Shown here: positions 19,411 to 27,606 of the stretch, in pieces
How the letters are laid out: every line of letters starts with the position of its first letter
Position numbering within the stretch: the first letter of the stretch is position 1
NCBI GenBank assembly: GCA_938003915.1
Contig: CALKWV010000076.1
Span: forward strand, 8,600-72,599
DNA length: 64,000 nucleotides
Reading direction: 5' to 3'
Origin: an uncultured Bacillota bacterium
Lineage (GTDB): Bacteria; Bacillota; Clostridia; Caldicoprobacterales; UBA3941
Notes under the pieces: model-generated
Seen by the model: only the letters and a program-made list of their open reading frames with translations
Told to the model about the DNA's origin: nothing
Databases searched by the model: none
Position numbers and translations under genes: made by a program

Positions 19411-20352
19411 ATGGACAAATATGAGTGTTTCAATTCCATAAAGGAAATTTTAGAGTCAAAGGGATGTCACATAGATAATAAAAAGGAAATAAGTTATGGA
19501 CTTCAATTTCAGATCACTTACCAGCAGCAAAAGGGAGTCTATCGAATATACCAAGGCAAAAAGGGTTTACGCTTAGATTCATCGCAAATTAAGGATAGCA
19601 GTTTTAGGCAATTTATTGACAACATAATAGAAGGATCATTTTTAATACCATCAAATAACCAAACTAAAAATCAAAATAAAGAACTATGTCATGACTATGA
19701 TGGCAATGATATTATATCTCAAGATCCCCAACAAATAATCGGCATAGATGAATCAGGGAAAGGGGATTATTTTGGTCCTTTGGTTATTGCTGGGGTTTAC
19801 GTTGATGAAAAAACCAGCACAATATTAAAGAAAGCAGGAGTCACCGATAGCAAAAAAATCCAAGATACAAAAATCAATAAATTAGCTAAAATTATTAAAG
19901 ATAATTGTCCTTATGACATTGTAATTATTTCCAATGAAAGATATAATGAGCTTTATGATTCAATAAAGAATCTAAATAAATTATTGGCCTGGGGACATGC
20001 CAGGGTGATTGAAAATCTATTAGAACGTGTAGACTGTAAATTTGCTTTATCTGATCAATTTGGAAAGCCTGAGTTGATGCAAGAGGCTTTAATGTCTAAA
20101 GGCAGAAAAATACAGCTTATGCAAAAAACTAAGGCTGAAGAAAATATTGCTGTTGCAGCAGCAAGCATACTAGCTAGAAATACCTTTGTAGAAAAAATAT
20201 CTGAGTTAGAATTACAATATCAAATAGAATTACCTAAAGGCGCATCAATGCAAGTAATTACAGCTGCTAAAAAGTTTGTACAGCAATATGGCTTTGATGC
20301 TATTAAGAAGGTAGCAAAGGTGCATTTTAAAATTACAAATCAAATTGATTAA
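19411..20352 (+). CDS. rnhC: ribonuclease HIII
   Basis: 313 aa. An N-terminal TBP-like/DUF3378-type domain is followed by an RNase HII/HIII core (IGIDESGKGDYFGPLVIAGV...DSKK). Confidence 0.88.
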   Translation: MDKYECFNSIKEILESKGCHIDNKKEISYGLQFQITYQQQKGVYRIYQGKKGLRLDSSQIKDSSFRQFIDNIIEGSFLIPSNNQTKNQNKELCHDYDGNDIISQDPQQIIGIDESGKGDYFGPLVIAGVYVDEKTSTILKKAGVTDSKKIQDTKINKLAKIIKDNCPYDIVIISNERYNELYDSIKNLNKLLAWGHARVIENLLERVDCKFALSDQFGKPELMQEALMSKGRKIQLMQKTKAEENIAVAAASILARNTFVEKISELELQYQIELPKGASMQVITAAKKFVQQYGFDAIKKVAKVHFKITNQID

Positions 20353-20461
20353 AATTAATTTGCTGAAATTAATTTTAAGATGAAGCACACATAAATACCA
20401 ATTTTTCCGTGGAGTAGGGCTTTATAGTACTATGCGCAAAAGACAAGTTTTAAGCAAAGTA

Positions 20462-20490
20462 TTGCAAAAATTCGCTGAAAGTGGTATAAT
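20462..20490 (+). promoter_or_regulatory. sigma-A-type promoter (extended -10) upstream of the recombinase gene
   Basis: TTGCAA, 17 nt, TATAAT with TG at -15/-14 (gTGgTATAAT). It lies 184 nt upstream of the GTG start. Confidence 0.65.
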
Positions 20491-20628
20491 TTTCTTACAG
20501 CTAGATGATCTTATACTCTACGAAAAATTCAATAGAAAAATATTTTAATGCTAATACTGTATAGGCTCTCATTCCCGTTTATTAATTAGATTAACCTAAA
20601 GGTATTTTTATTTTTAATTTAATTATAA

Positions 20629-20656
20629 ACTTATATTTATCTATACTTATATTTAT
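20629..20656 (+). repeat. tandem direct repeat ACTTATATTTAT x2 (4-nt spacer) just upstream of the recombinase start
   Basis: Copies at 20629-20640 and 20645-20656 are identical 12-mers separated by CTAT. Confidence 0.8.
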
Positions 20657-20673
20657 TTAAAGGATGTGTTTGT

Positions 20674-21729
20674 GTGTCAAGTAATTCTTATTATATTAAA
20701 GAGCAGCAAAGAAATACCAAAAGGCTACGTAAGCTTATAGCAGACCTTCCCGGCTTCTGTGAGGAATACTTCCGTGGTATTGAACATACCACTTCTATCC
20801 TTACTAGGATTAACTATGCTTATGATTTAAGAATATTTTTTGATTTTTTGATTAATGAAATTGATATTTTTCAGGGACTCACCCTCTCAAGCTTCACCCT
20901 AGAGCATTTAAACCAAATTCAGGTAATACATATTGAAAAATATTTGGAATATACTAGCTATTATATTAACCCTAATAATGAAGAAGAACGGCAAAATAGT
21001 GAAATGGGTAAAGCTAGGAAACTAGCTTCTGTCCGTTCCCTGCTATCATATTTTTTTAAAAAAGAAAAGATTGATAGGAACGTAGCACAATTAGTAGATA
21101 CACCTAAGCTTACAGAGAAACCCATTATTAGATTAGAGGTCGATGAAGTTGCAAATTTGCTTGATGCTGTAGAATCCGGAGAAAAGCTCACTGCAACTCA
21201 ACGAAGATACCACAAATATACTAAATCTAGAGATTTGGCAATCCTAACCCTTCTATTAGGTACTGGCATTCGCATTAGTGAATGCGTAGGGCTTAATATT
21301 ACGGATTTTGATTTTAATAACAACAGTTTCAAAGTAACCAGAAAAGGCGGCGATCAAGAAATCCTATACTATGGGGATGAGGTCAAGGAAGCTATACTCA
21401 ATTATTTAGAGGAAAGAAAAGAAATAAAAACCTTACCTGGACATGAAGATGCCCTTTTTCTATCCATGCAAAGAAAGCGAATTAGCCATAGAGCTCTACA
21501 AAATTTAGTAAAGAAGTACGCAAAAATAGTATCCCCACTTAAGAGAATCACTCCCCATAAGCTTAGAAGCACATTTGGAACTACTTTATACCAAGAAACT
21601 GGTGATATTTATTTAGTAGCTGATGTACTAGGACATAAGGATGTTAATACTACCAGGAAGCATTATGCGGCTATAAGTGAAGAAAAACGCCGCTTGGCTG
21701 CAAGAATAATAAAACTAAGGGAGGATTAA
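20674..21729 (+). CDS. XerS-like tyrosine recombinase (phage-integrase family)
   Basis: 351 aa. The catalytic pattern is R (GTGIRISE), HxxR (HKLRSTFGT) and H...Y (LGHKDVNTTRKHY). RDLAILTLLLGTGIRISE and VTRKGGDQE resemble XerS-type single recombinases as I recall them. Confidence 0.75.
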   Translation: MSSNSYYIKEQQRNTKRLRKLIADLPGFCEEYFRGIEHTTSILTRINYAYDLRIFFDFLINEIDIFQGLTLSSFTLEHLNQIQVIHIEKYLEYTSYYINPNNEEERQNSEMGKARKLASVRSLLSYFFKKEKIDRNVAQLVDTPKLTEKPIIRLEVDEVANLLDAVESGEKLTATQRRYHKYTKSRDLAILTLLLGTGIRISECVGLNITDFDFNNNSFKVTRKGGDQEILYYGDEVKEAILNYLEERKEIKTLPGHEDALFLSMQRKRISHRALQNLVKKYAKIVSPLKRITPHKLRSTFGTTLYQETGDIYLVADVLGHKDVNTTRKHYAAISEEKRRLAARIIKLRED

Positions 21730-21741
21730 CCTCCCTTTTTT
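21719..21741 (+). terminator. rho-independent terminator overlapping the recombinase stop codon
   Basis: GGGAGG-attaa-CCTCCC followed by TTTTTT. Confidence 0.85.
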
Positions 21742-21793
21742 CATGTGTATTATGGCTTTTTGTGAATTATTTTTAAGTTTTATTCATTTATGT

Positions 21794-22117
21794 TTATGGT
21801 TGTATTGTTACTGGAACTAATATATAATCCCCTTCCCTAATCAAAGAAGAATCCAATTGATTGACTTTTTTTATGCTATGAATATAATCTCGGATATCAG
21901 TTTTTGATGGCAAATAGCTCTTTGCTATGCTCCAAAGGGTGTCTCCAGGTTCAACATATACTTTTACATAAGTTTCTTGAATTGTGTTTAAAGATTTTCC
22001 TATAGCAAACATTATAGCAGGAAATATGAAAATCAATAAGATGGATATAAAAATTATGAAACGTGCTCTATTAATAACTCTAATCCGCTTTTTATATGTC
22101 TTATGTATAGGGCTCAT
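21794..22117 (-). CDS. LysM-domain membrane protein, YneA-like SOS cell-division inhibitor
   Basis: Has an N-terminal TM plus a LysM domain (VYVEPGDTLWSIAKSY...IREGDYILVPV). It is divergent from lexA, and its promoter carries LexA boxes. ATG 22117 has GGGAGG 6 nt upstream; the ORF track starts at 22144. Confidence 0.8.
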   Translation of the reverse strand: MSPIHKTYKKRIRVINRARFIIFISILLIFIFPAIMFAIGKSLNTIQETYVKVYVEPGDTLWSIAKSYLPSKTDIRDYIHSIKKVNQLDSSLIREGDYILVPVTIQP

Positions 22118-22130
22118 ATTATTCCTCCCA

Positions 22131-22142
22131 GAACATATGTTC
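22131..22142. promoter_or_regulatory. LexA box 1 (GAACATATGTTC)
   Basis: A perfect GAAC-N4-GTTC palindrome in the 5' UTR of the LysM gene, just upstream of its RBS. Confidence 0.85.
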
Positions 22143-22155
22143 AAGTGTTATTTAA

Positions 22156-22184
22156 ATTATACTCAAACATATGTTCTCTGTCAA
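22156..22184 (-). promoter_or_regulatory. sigma-A promoter of the yneA-like gene
   Basis: On the minus strand: TTGACA, 17 nt, TATAAT (both consensus). LexA box 2 lies in the spacer. Confidence 0.85.
22165..22176. promoter_or_regulatory. LexA box 2 (AAACATATGTTC)
   Basis: An 11/12 match to GAAC-N4-GTTC, lying entirely within the -35/-10 spacer of the yneA-like promoter. Confidence 0.8.
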
Positions 22185-22213
22185 GGACAAAAAGTAATAA
22201 TTTGCAAAAAACC

Positions 22214-22225
22214 GAACATCTGTTT
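22214..22225. promoter_or_regulatory. LexA box 3 (GAACATCTGTTT)
   Basis: CGAACATCTGTTTG is a Cheo-box-like site overlapping the -35 of the lexA promoter. Confidence 0.75.
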
Positions 22226-22252
22226 GAAGTAAGTGAGAGCTTGTGCTATAAT
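22224..22252 (+). promoter_or_regulatory. sigma-A promoter of lexA (extended -10)
   Basis: TTGAAG, 17 nt, TGcTATAAT. Confidence 0.75.
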
Positions 22253-22283
22253 ATAACTAAAATAGAAAATGAGGTGTACGCTA

Positions 22284-22898
22284 ATGCCTAATAACATAAA
22301 TAACAGCCAAAGGGCTATTTTAAACTTCATAAAGCAAATGGTTGCAGAAAAAGGCTATCCTCCCTCCGTAAGGGAAATTTGTCAAGGTGTGGGTATTAAA
22401 TCAACCTCTACTGTTCATAATCATTTAACAAAATTAGAAGAAGCCGGTCTAATTCGTAAGGATCCAACTAAGCCTAGGGCTATCGAAGTTCTTGATGAAG
22501 ACTCCCCTTTTATAAAAAAGGAGTTAGTTGATGTTCCTATAGTAGGTAAAGTTACTGCTGGCAGGCCCATTCTGGCTGTAGAAAATATAGAAGATACTTT
22601 TCCTCTCCCTGCTGAATATTTACATAATGACAATGTCTTTATGCTGACTGTTAGTGGAGAAAGTATGATAGAAGCCGGGATATTGGATGGGGATTATGTA
22701 ATCGTTAAACAACAATCCTATGCTGAAAATGGCGATATAGTAGTAGCCCTTATTGAAGATGAGGCAACAGTAAAGACTTTTTATAAAGAATCTGATTATA
22801 TTAGACTGCAACCCGAAAACCCTTACATGGATCCCATCATTGTAAAGGATGTGCATATATTAGGAAAGGTCATTGGGGTGATCCGCTTATATAGATAA
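22284..22898 (+). CDS. lexA: LexA repressor
   Basis: Has a winged-helix N-terminus ([34 protein letters not shown]), an AG cleavage site (VTAGRP) and the S24 peptidase Ser/Lys (SGESM...VKTF). ATG 22284 has GAGGTG 8 nt upstream; the ORF track starts at 22269. Confidence 0.95.
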   Translation: MPNNINNSQRAILNFIKQMVAEKGYPPSVREICQGVGIKSTSTVHNHLTKLEEAGLIRKDPTKPRAIEVLDEDSPFIKKELVDVPIVGKVTAGRPILAVENIEDTFPLPAEYLHNDNVFMLTVSGESMIEAGILDGDYVIVKQQSYAENGDIVVALIEDEATVKTFYKESDYIRLQPENPYMDPIIVKDVHILGKVIGVIRLYR

Positions 22899-22924
22899 TT
22901 AATTATAAAATTAGATAAATAAAA

Positions 22925-22969
22925 AAGCCCGCTAAACCTTCCCTCTATGGGGATAGGATTTGCGGGCTT
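22925..22969. terminator. shared hairpin terminator between convergent lexA and ynbB-like genes
   Basis: AAGCCCGC...GCGGGCTT outer stem enclosing further pairing. An A-run precedes it and a T-rich tract follows. Confidence 0.75.
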
Positions 22970-22987
22970 AATTTATTTTTAGTAAGA

Positions 22988-24250
22988 TTATAAATCTATA
23001 AATCCTTGCTTACAAAGGTTTAATATAGCAGATGTTAAAGCATATTTGACATGAGTAAAGGTAAGTCCACCTTGCAAATATGCTGTATATGGGGCTTTAA
23101 TGGGAGCATCAGCACTTAATTCAATGGATGCACCTTGTATAAAGGTTCCTGCCGCCATAATTACCTGATGGCTGTATCCAGGCATATCCCAGGGATAAGG
23201 GGTTACATGACTATCTACAGGAGAGGCCCCTTGAATTGCCTGACAAAACGCAATTAACTCATCATCGCTATTAAATCGAATACATTGAATTATATCTGAC
23301 CTATCTTCCTTCCAATTAGGCAATACCTCATAGCCTAACATTTCAAAAACTCTAGCTACCAATACAGCTCCTTTTAATGCTTGTCCTACGATATGAGGCG
23401 CCATAAATAGTCCCTGATAAAAAGGTAGATATGAAGCAGCATAAGAGCCTACTTCCCTCCCTACAGCGGGTGAGGTTAATCTATAGGACATCAATTCTAT
23501 CGCCCTTTTTGTTCCCGCTGCGTACCCGCCTGTTGGTGCAAGCCCACCCCCGGGATTTTTTATTAGAGATCCCACTGTTAGATCTGCACCTAGGTGGCTA
23601 GGCTCTACTTTTTCCGTAAATTCTCCGTAACAATTATCCACAATAATAAATATTTCTGGATTCTTCTGTTTTATTTTCTCTATTGGTTCTTTCATGTCAT
23701 CAACGGATATAGAAGGTCTCCACTCATAACCTCTTGAACGCTGTATAAATATAGCCTTTGTATTGGGCTTATCAGCTAGTTCTTTTAAGACTTTATCAAT
23801 ATCAATTTGACCATTATCATCTAAATCGACTTGACTATATGTAATATTCCAATCCTTAAGAGAACCATTATCTAAGCCATTCTGCTTAAAGCCAATAGTA
23901 TCCTCTAAAGTGTCATAAGGTTTGCCAGTTATGGACATAAGGTTATCTCCAGGTCTGAGAACAGCATACAAGGCATCACTTATAACATGGGTTCCCGAAC
24001 CCCACTGAGGTCTTACTAAGGCATCCTCACATCCAAAAACCAAAGCGTATAATTCCTCCAGCTGATCGCGACCTTCGTCGCTATATCCGTAACCTGTTGA
24101 AGGTATAAAATGTCTTTCACTTATATTGCATTCTTTCATGCACTCTATAATTCTAATTTGATTATACTCAGCTAATTGGTCTATCTTTTCAAATTCTCCA
24201 TATAGTTCTTTCTGGGCCTTATTTATTAAATTCAACACTTTATTTTTCAT
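22988..24250 (-). CDS. methionine gamma-lyase family / aluminium-resistance family PLP protein (YnbB-like)
   Basis: 420 aa. FIPSTGYGYSDEGRD and SLIKNPGGGLAPTGGY are typical of this family. It is the usual last gene after mutSL-miaA-hfq. Confidence 0.8.
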   Translation of the reverse strand: MKNKVLNLINKAQKELYGEFEKIDQLAEYNQIRIIECMKECNISERHFIPSTGYGYSDEGRDQLEELYALVFGCEDALVRPQWGSGTHVISDALYAVLRPGDNLMSITGKPYDTLEDTIGFKQNGLDNGSLKDWNITYSQVDLDDNGQIDIDKVLKELADKPNTKAIFIQRSRGYEWRPSISVDDMKEPIEKIKQKNPEIFIIVDNCYGEFTEKVEPSHLGADLTVGSLIKNPGGGLAPTGGYAAGTKRAIELMSYRLTSPAVGREVGSYAASYLPFYQGLFMAPHIVGQALKGAVLVARVFEMLGYEVLPNWKEDRSDIIQCIRFNSDDELIAFCQAIQGASPVDSHVTPYPWDMPGYSHQVIMAAGTFIQGASIELSADAPIKAPYTAYLQGGLTFTHVKYALTSAILNLCKQGFIDL

Positions 24251-24377
24251 AATATTTTCTTGCGCTCCTTATTATAAAATAATCTTTTGATTTCATATCA
24301 TAAAAACAGCTTATTTTTTCAATAGTTTTTATTCTTTACATTTTACAACTAATTGCAACTAAGCATTATAACTAAAC

Positions 24378-24406
24378 ACATTGAAAAGGAACCTGAAAGG
24401 TTCCTT
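24378..24406 (-). terminator. hairpin after hfq
   Basis: On the minus strand: AAGGAACC-tttca-GGTTCCTT followed by TTCAATGTGTTT. The U-tract is weak. Confidence 0.5.
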
Positions 24407-24430
24407 GTAATCAATGAGTTATGTATATGA

Positions 24431-24676
24431 TTATTGCTTTTCTCCATAATTGTCATTGGTTAAAGGCACTAGTCTTGAAGGGGTTATAGTAGAAACAGCT
24501 TGTTTATATAACATCATTTGTTTTCCTTCACTTTCTACAATCAAAACATAGTTATCAAAACCTTTTATCATTCCCCTAATTTGATAACCATTTATAAGAT
24601 GAATAGTAACAGGAATATGATCCTTTCGCACTTGATTTAAGAATATATCTTGAAAAACAATTGTTCCCTTATTCAT
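24431..24676 (-). CDS. hfq: RNA chaperone Hfq
   Basis: 81 aa with Sm1/Sm2 motifs (FLNQVRKDHIPVTIHLINGYQIRGMIKGFDNYVLIVES...MLYKQAVSTI). Confidence 0.95.
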   Translation of the reverse strand: MNKGTIVFQDIFLNQVRKDHIPVTIHLINGYQIRGMIKGFDNYVLIVESEGKQMMLYKQAVSTITPSRLVPLTNDNYGEKQ

Positions 24677-24756
24677 TTTTTCAAAGCCACCCTTCTTACT
24701 TATTTTTACATTTATACCTTAATTCTATTATATACCATATTTTATAGTATTAAAAG

Positions 24757-25716
24757 TTAATTTTCTTTATACTTTATTTGCAATTTGTCCATAATCCAAT
24801 CACATATATGTTTTATCAATTCCTCCTTATCCTCAAATGTGTCTACTTCTATCCAGTTAACATGGGTCAGCCTTCTAAACCAAGTAAGCTGTCGTTTGGC
24901 GAAACGGCGAGTATCCCTTTTCAATATGTAGATGGCTTCCTCCAAAGTGCGCCTCCCTAATAGGTATTGGATAATTTCCTTATAACCAAGACCTTGCATT
25001 GAATTAAGGTTTCTATCATAACCCTTTTCCATAAGCCATTTAACCTCATCCACTAAACCATTTTCCACCATTATATCAACTCTTTTATTTATCCTATCAT
25101 AAAGCTTATTTCTTTCCATAGTCAATCCTATTAGAACTATGGAGTATTGATGGTTTTTTCTTAAGTCACGTCCATAGTACTCAGACATAGGTTTACCTGT
25201 AATATGATACACCTCTAAAGCCCTAATTATACGCCGCACATCGTTAGGATGAAGTCGTTTAGCTGTCTCGGGATCTACGAGCTTTAATTTATTATATAGC
25301 CAATCTTTACCCTTTTCTTCCGCTTCCTTTTCTAATTTTTCACGGTATTCCTTATCTTCATGGGCATCGGTAAAATCCAAAGGATATATCAAAGAATTAA
25401 TATATAATCCAGTTCCCCCTGCTACTATAGGTAATTTACCCCTGCTATAGATCTCTTTAATTGTTTTTGTAGCAAGATCCTTATACAAAGAAACATTAAA
25501 GGGCTCATCGGGATAAACCACATCCAGCAGATGATGGGGAACTCCTTCCCTTTCTTCTATACTGGGTTTAGCTGTTCCAATATCCATGTATTTATAAATC
25601 TGCATTGAATCAGCAGATATAATTTCACCATTTAATCGCTTAGCTATTTCAATAGATATTGCCGTTTTGCCTACAGCTGTAGGCCCTAAAATAATAACTA
25701 AAGGTATTTTGCTCAT
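24757..25716 (-). CDS. miaA: tRNA dimethylallyltransferase
   Basis: P-loop ILGPTAVGKTAISIE, ISADSMQIYKYMDIGTAKP and RQLTWFR motifs. Confidence 0.95.
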   Translation of the reverse strand: MSKIPLVIILGPTAVGKTAISIEIAKRLNGEIISADSMQIYKYMDIGTAKPSIEEREGVPHHLLDVVYPDEPFNVSLYKDLATKTIKEIYSRGKLPIVAGGTGLYINSLIYPLDFTDAHEDKEYREKLEKEAEEKGKDWLYNKLKLVDPETAKRLHPNDVRRIIRALEVYHITGKPMSEYYGRDLRKNHQYSIVLIGLTMERNKLYDRINKRVDIMVENGLVDEVKWLMEKGYDRNLNSMQGLGYKEIIQYLLGRRTLEEAIYILKRDTRRFAKRQLTWFRRLTHVNWIEVDTFEDKEELIKHICDWIMDKLQIKYKEN

Positions 25717-25739
25717 AAAACTACTCCCCAGTTAATAGT

Positions 25740-27605
25740 TTATTGTATTCGTTTAAATGTCCTTTCCAATTGTTTTTTGGTAATTGAAATCATGATAGGT
25801 CTTCCATGGGGACAAGTCATGGGTACTTTATTATCTATGAGATCCCTAAGCAATGCTAATATCTCTCTTTCTGATAACTTATCCCCTGCCTTAACCGCAG
25901 CTTTACAGGACATCTGTATTATATCATCAATCTTTAGATTATAGCTAGTACCTTTTTTATATTCTTCCACATTATCTAGTAGCTCGCGGAAGAATTCCTT
26001 TACATTGCTATCTCCCAATACCATAGGTACTCCTCGGATAGCATAAGCTCGTCCACCAAAGTTTTCTATTTCAAATCCTAGAGATTTAAATAAATCCATG
26101 GACTCATTAATGATAATTTGTTCTGTGTGGGTGACTTCAATTATTACTGGAGGTAGTAACTGCTGGGTCATAACAGATTGTTCTGATAACATTTTCTTAT
26201 ATTTTTCAAATAATAAACGCTCATGAGCAGCATGTTGGTCCACCAGAAAACACTCTTCTTTGCCTTCCACAACTACATATGTGGAAAAAATCTTACCTAC
26301 TATTTTAAGTGGGATAGCCATGTTTCTATTGATATTATTATCCTGATATCTATCATTCATACTAGCAGCATCTAAGTTTTGATAATTTCTCTTAGGTTTT
26401 TTAGATTCTATATAAGAAGATGATGATTTATGGGAATCAACAATATAAATATTCCTTGATGGTTTATCAAAGGAAAAACTAGAGGAGTCAGTAGAAATAG
26501 ATGAAAAAACCTCTAACTGCTCACTATCTTCCACACCATCTATTGTCGTACTGGTATTATCATTAATAGTTAATGAGCTAATGGAGTCTTCCCTTAATAT
26601 TGGTATATAAGGATTATCTTGTAAAATTTTAGTTATATGCTGCTGAATATACTGTTTTACTTGCTCTTCCTCCCTAAATCTGACTTCGATTTTTGTGGGA
26701 TGAACATTTACATCTATAGCACTTGGCTCAATTTCTATATGAAGAACCACCCAGGGAAACAAGTTTACAGTAAGATATGGCTTGTAGGCTGCCTCAATAG
26801 CTTCTGCTAGTAAGCTACTCTTTATATATCTACCATTTATATAAAAAGATTGGAAATTTCGGTTTTTTCGAGCTAGAGAAGGTTTTCCTAAATAACCCCA
26901 CAATTTTATGCCTGCGTGATTATCTACAGGTTCTACAGGTATAAGCTGATCCACCACATCCTTACCATATACGCTTAAAATAGCGTTTTTAAGGTCGCCA
27001 TCTCCAGTAGAATAGTAGATGGTCTTCCCATTGTTTATATACCTAAAGGATATTTCAGGATGTGCAAGAATTAACTTGCCCATCAAATCGCTTATATGAG
27101 CAGTTTCTGTCCTGGTAGATTTAAGAAACTTCAGCCTGGCAGGAGTATTAAAGAAAAGATTTTTAGTAATGATGGTGGTACCTTCAGGGCATCCTATTTC
27201 TTTTTGGGATACAATCTTACCTCCATGATTAACAATGTGTATTCCAGATACACTATCCTTTTCGCGGGTAATCATCTCCAAATGTGTAACTGCTGCAATA
27301 CTAGCCAAAGCTTCACCTCTAAATCCCAGAGTGGCAATACTTTGTAAATCATCTGCTGAGCTAATCTTGCTAGTGGCATGCCTTTCAAAGGAAAGCCTAG
27401 CATCTTGAAAGCTCATACCCCTGCCGTTATCAGCCACTCTAATATAGGATTTGCCTCCATCTCGAATTTCAATGGTAATAGCAGTACTGCCGGCATCTAT
27501 AGAATTTTCAACTAACTCCTTTACTATGGAGGATGGCCGTTCCACCACTTCTCCTGCTGCTATTTTGTTTATAGTATTTTCATCTAAAATAAGAATTTGA
27601 TTCAT
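25740..27605 (-). CDS. mutL: DNA mismatch repair protein MutL
   Basis: GHKL ATPase N-terminus (INKIAAGEVVERPSSIVKELVENSIDAG) and a C-terminal dimerisation/endonuclease region (DQHAAHERLLFE). Confidence 0.95.
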   Translation of the reverse strand: MNQILILDENTINKIAAGEVVERPSSIVKELVENSIDAGSTAITIEIRDGGKSYIRVADNGRGMSFQDARLSFERHATSKISSADDLQSIATLGFRGEALASIAAVTHLEMITREKDSVSGIHIVNHGGKIVSQKEIGCPEGTTIITKNLFFNTPARLKFLKSTRTETAHISDLMGKLILAHPEISFRYINNGKTIYYSTGDGDLKNAILSVYGKDVVDQLIPVEPVDNHAGIKLWGYLGKPSLARKNRNFQSFYINGRYIKSSLLAEAIEAAYKPYLTVNLFPWVVLHIEIEPSAIDVNVHPTKIEVRFREEEQVKQYIQQHITKILQDNPYIPILREDSISSLTINDNTSTTIDGVEDSEQLEVFSSISTDSSSFSFDKPSRNIYIVDSHKSSSSYIESKKPKRNYQNLDAASMNDRYQDNNINRNMAIPLKIVGKIFSTYVVVEGKEECFLVDQHAAHERLLFEKYKKMLSEQSVMTQQLLPPVIIEVTHTEQIIINESMDLFKSLGFEIENFGGRAYAIRGVPMVLGDSNVKEFFRELLDNVEEYKKGTSYNLKIDDIIQMSCKAAVKAGDKLSEREILALLRDLIDNKVPMTCPHGRPIMISITKKQLERTFKRIQ

Positions 27606-27606
27606 G

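Noticed and set aside
20621-20631. AATTATAAACT resembles the XerD arm of Bacillus-type dif (TTATGTAAACT).
   Set aside because: It matches only 7/11. The sequence 17 nt upstream shows no complementary XerC-type arm, so there is no dif-like palindrome.
21984-22291. Two + strand ORFs (82 and 62 aa) spanning the yneA-like/lexA intergenic region.
   Set aside because: They overlap the LysM gene antisense, both promoters and all three LexA boxes. The region is better explained as regulatory DNA.
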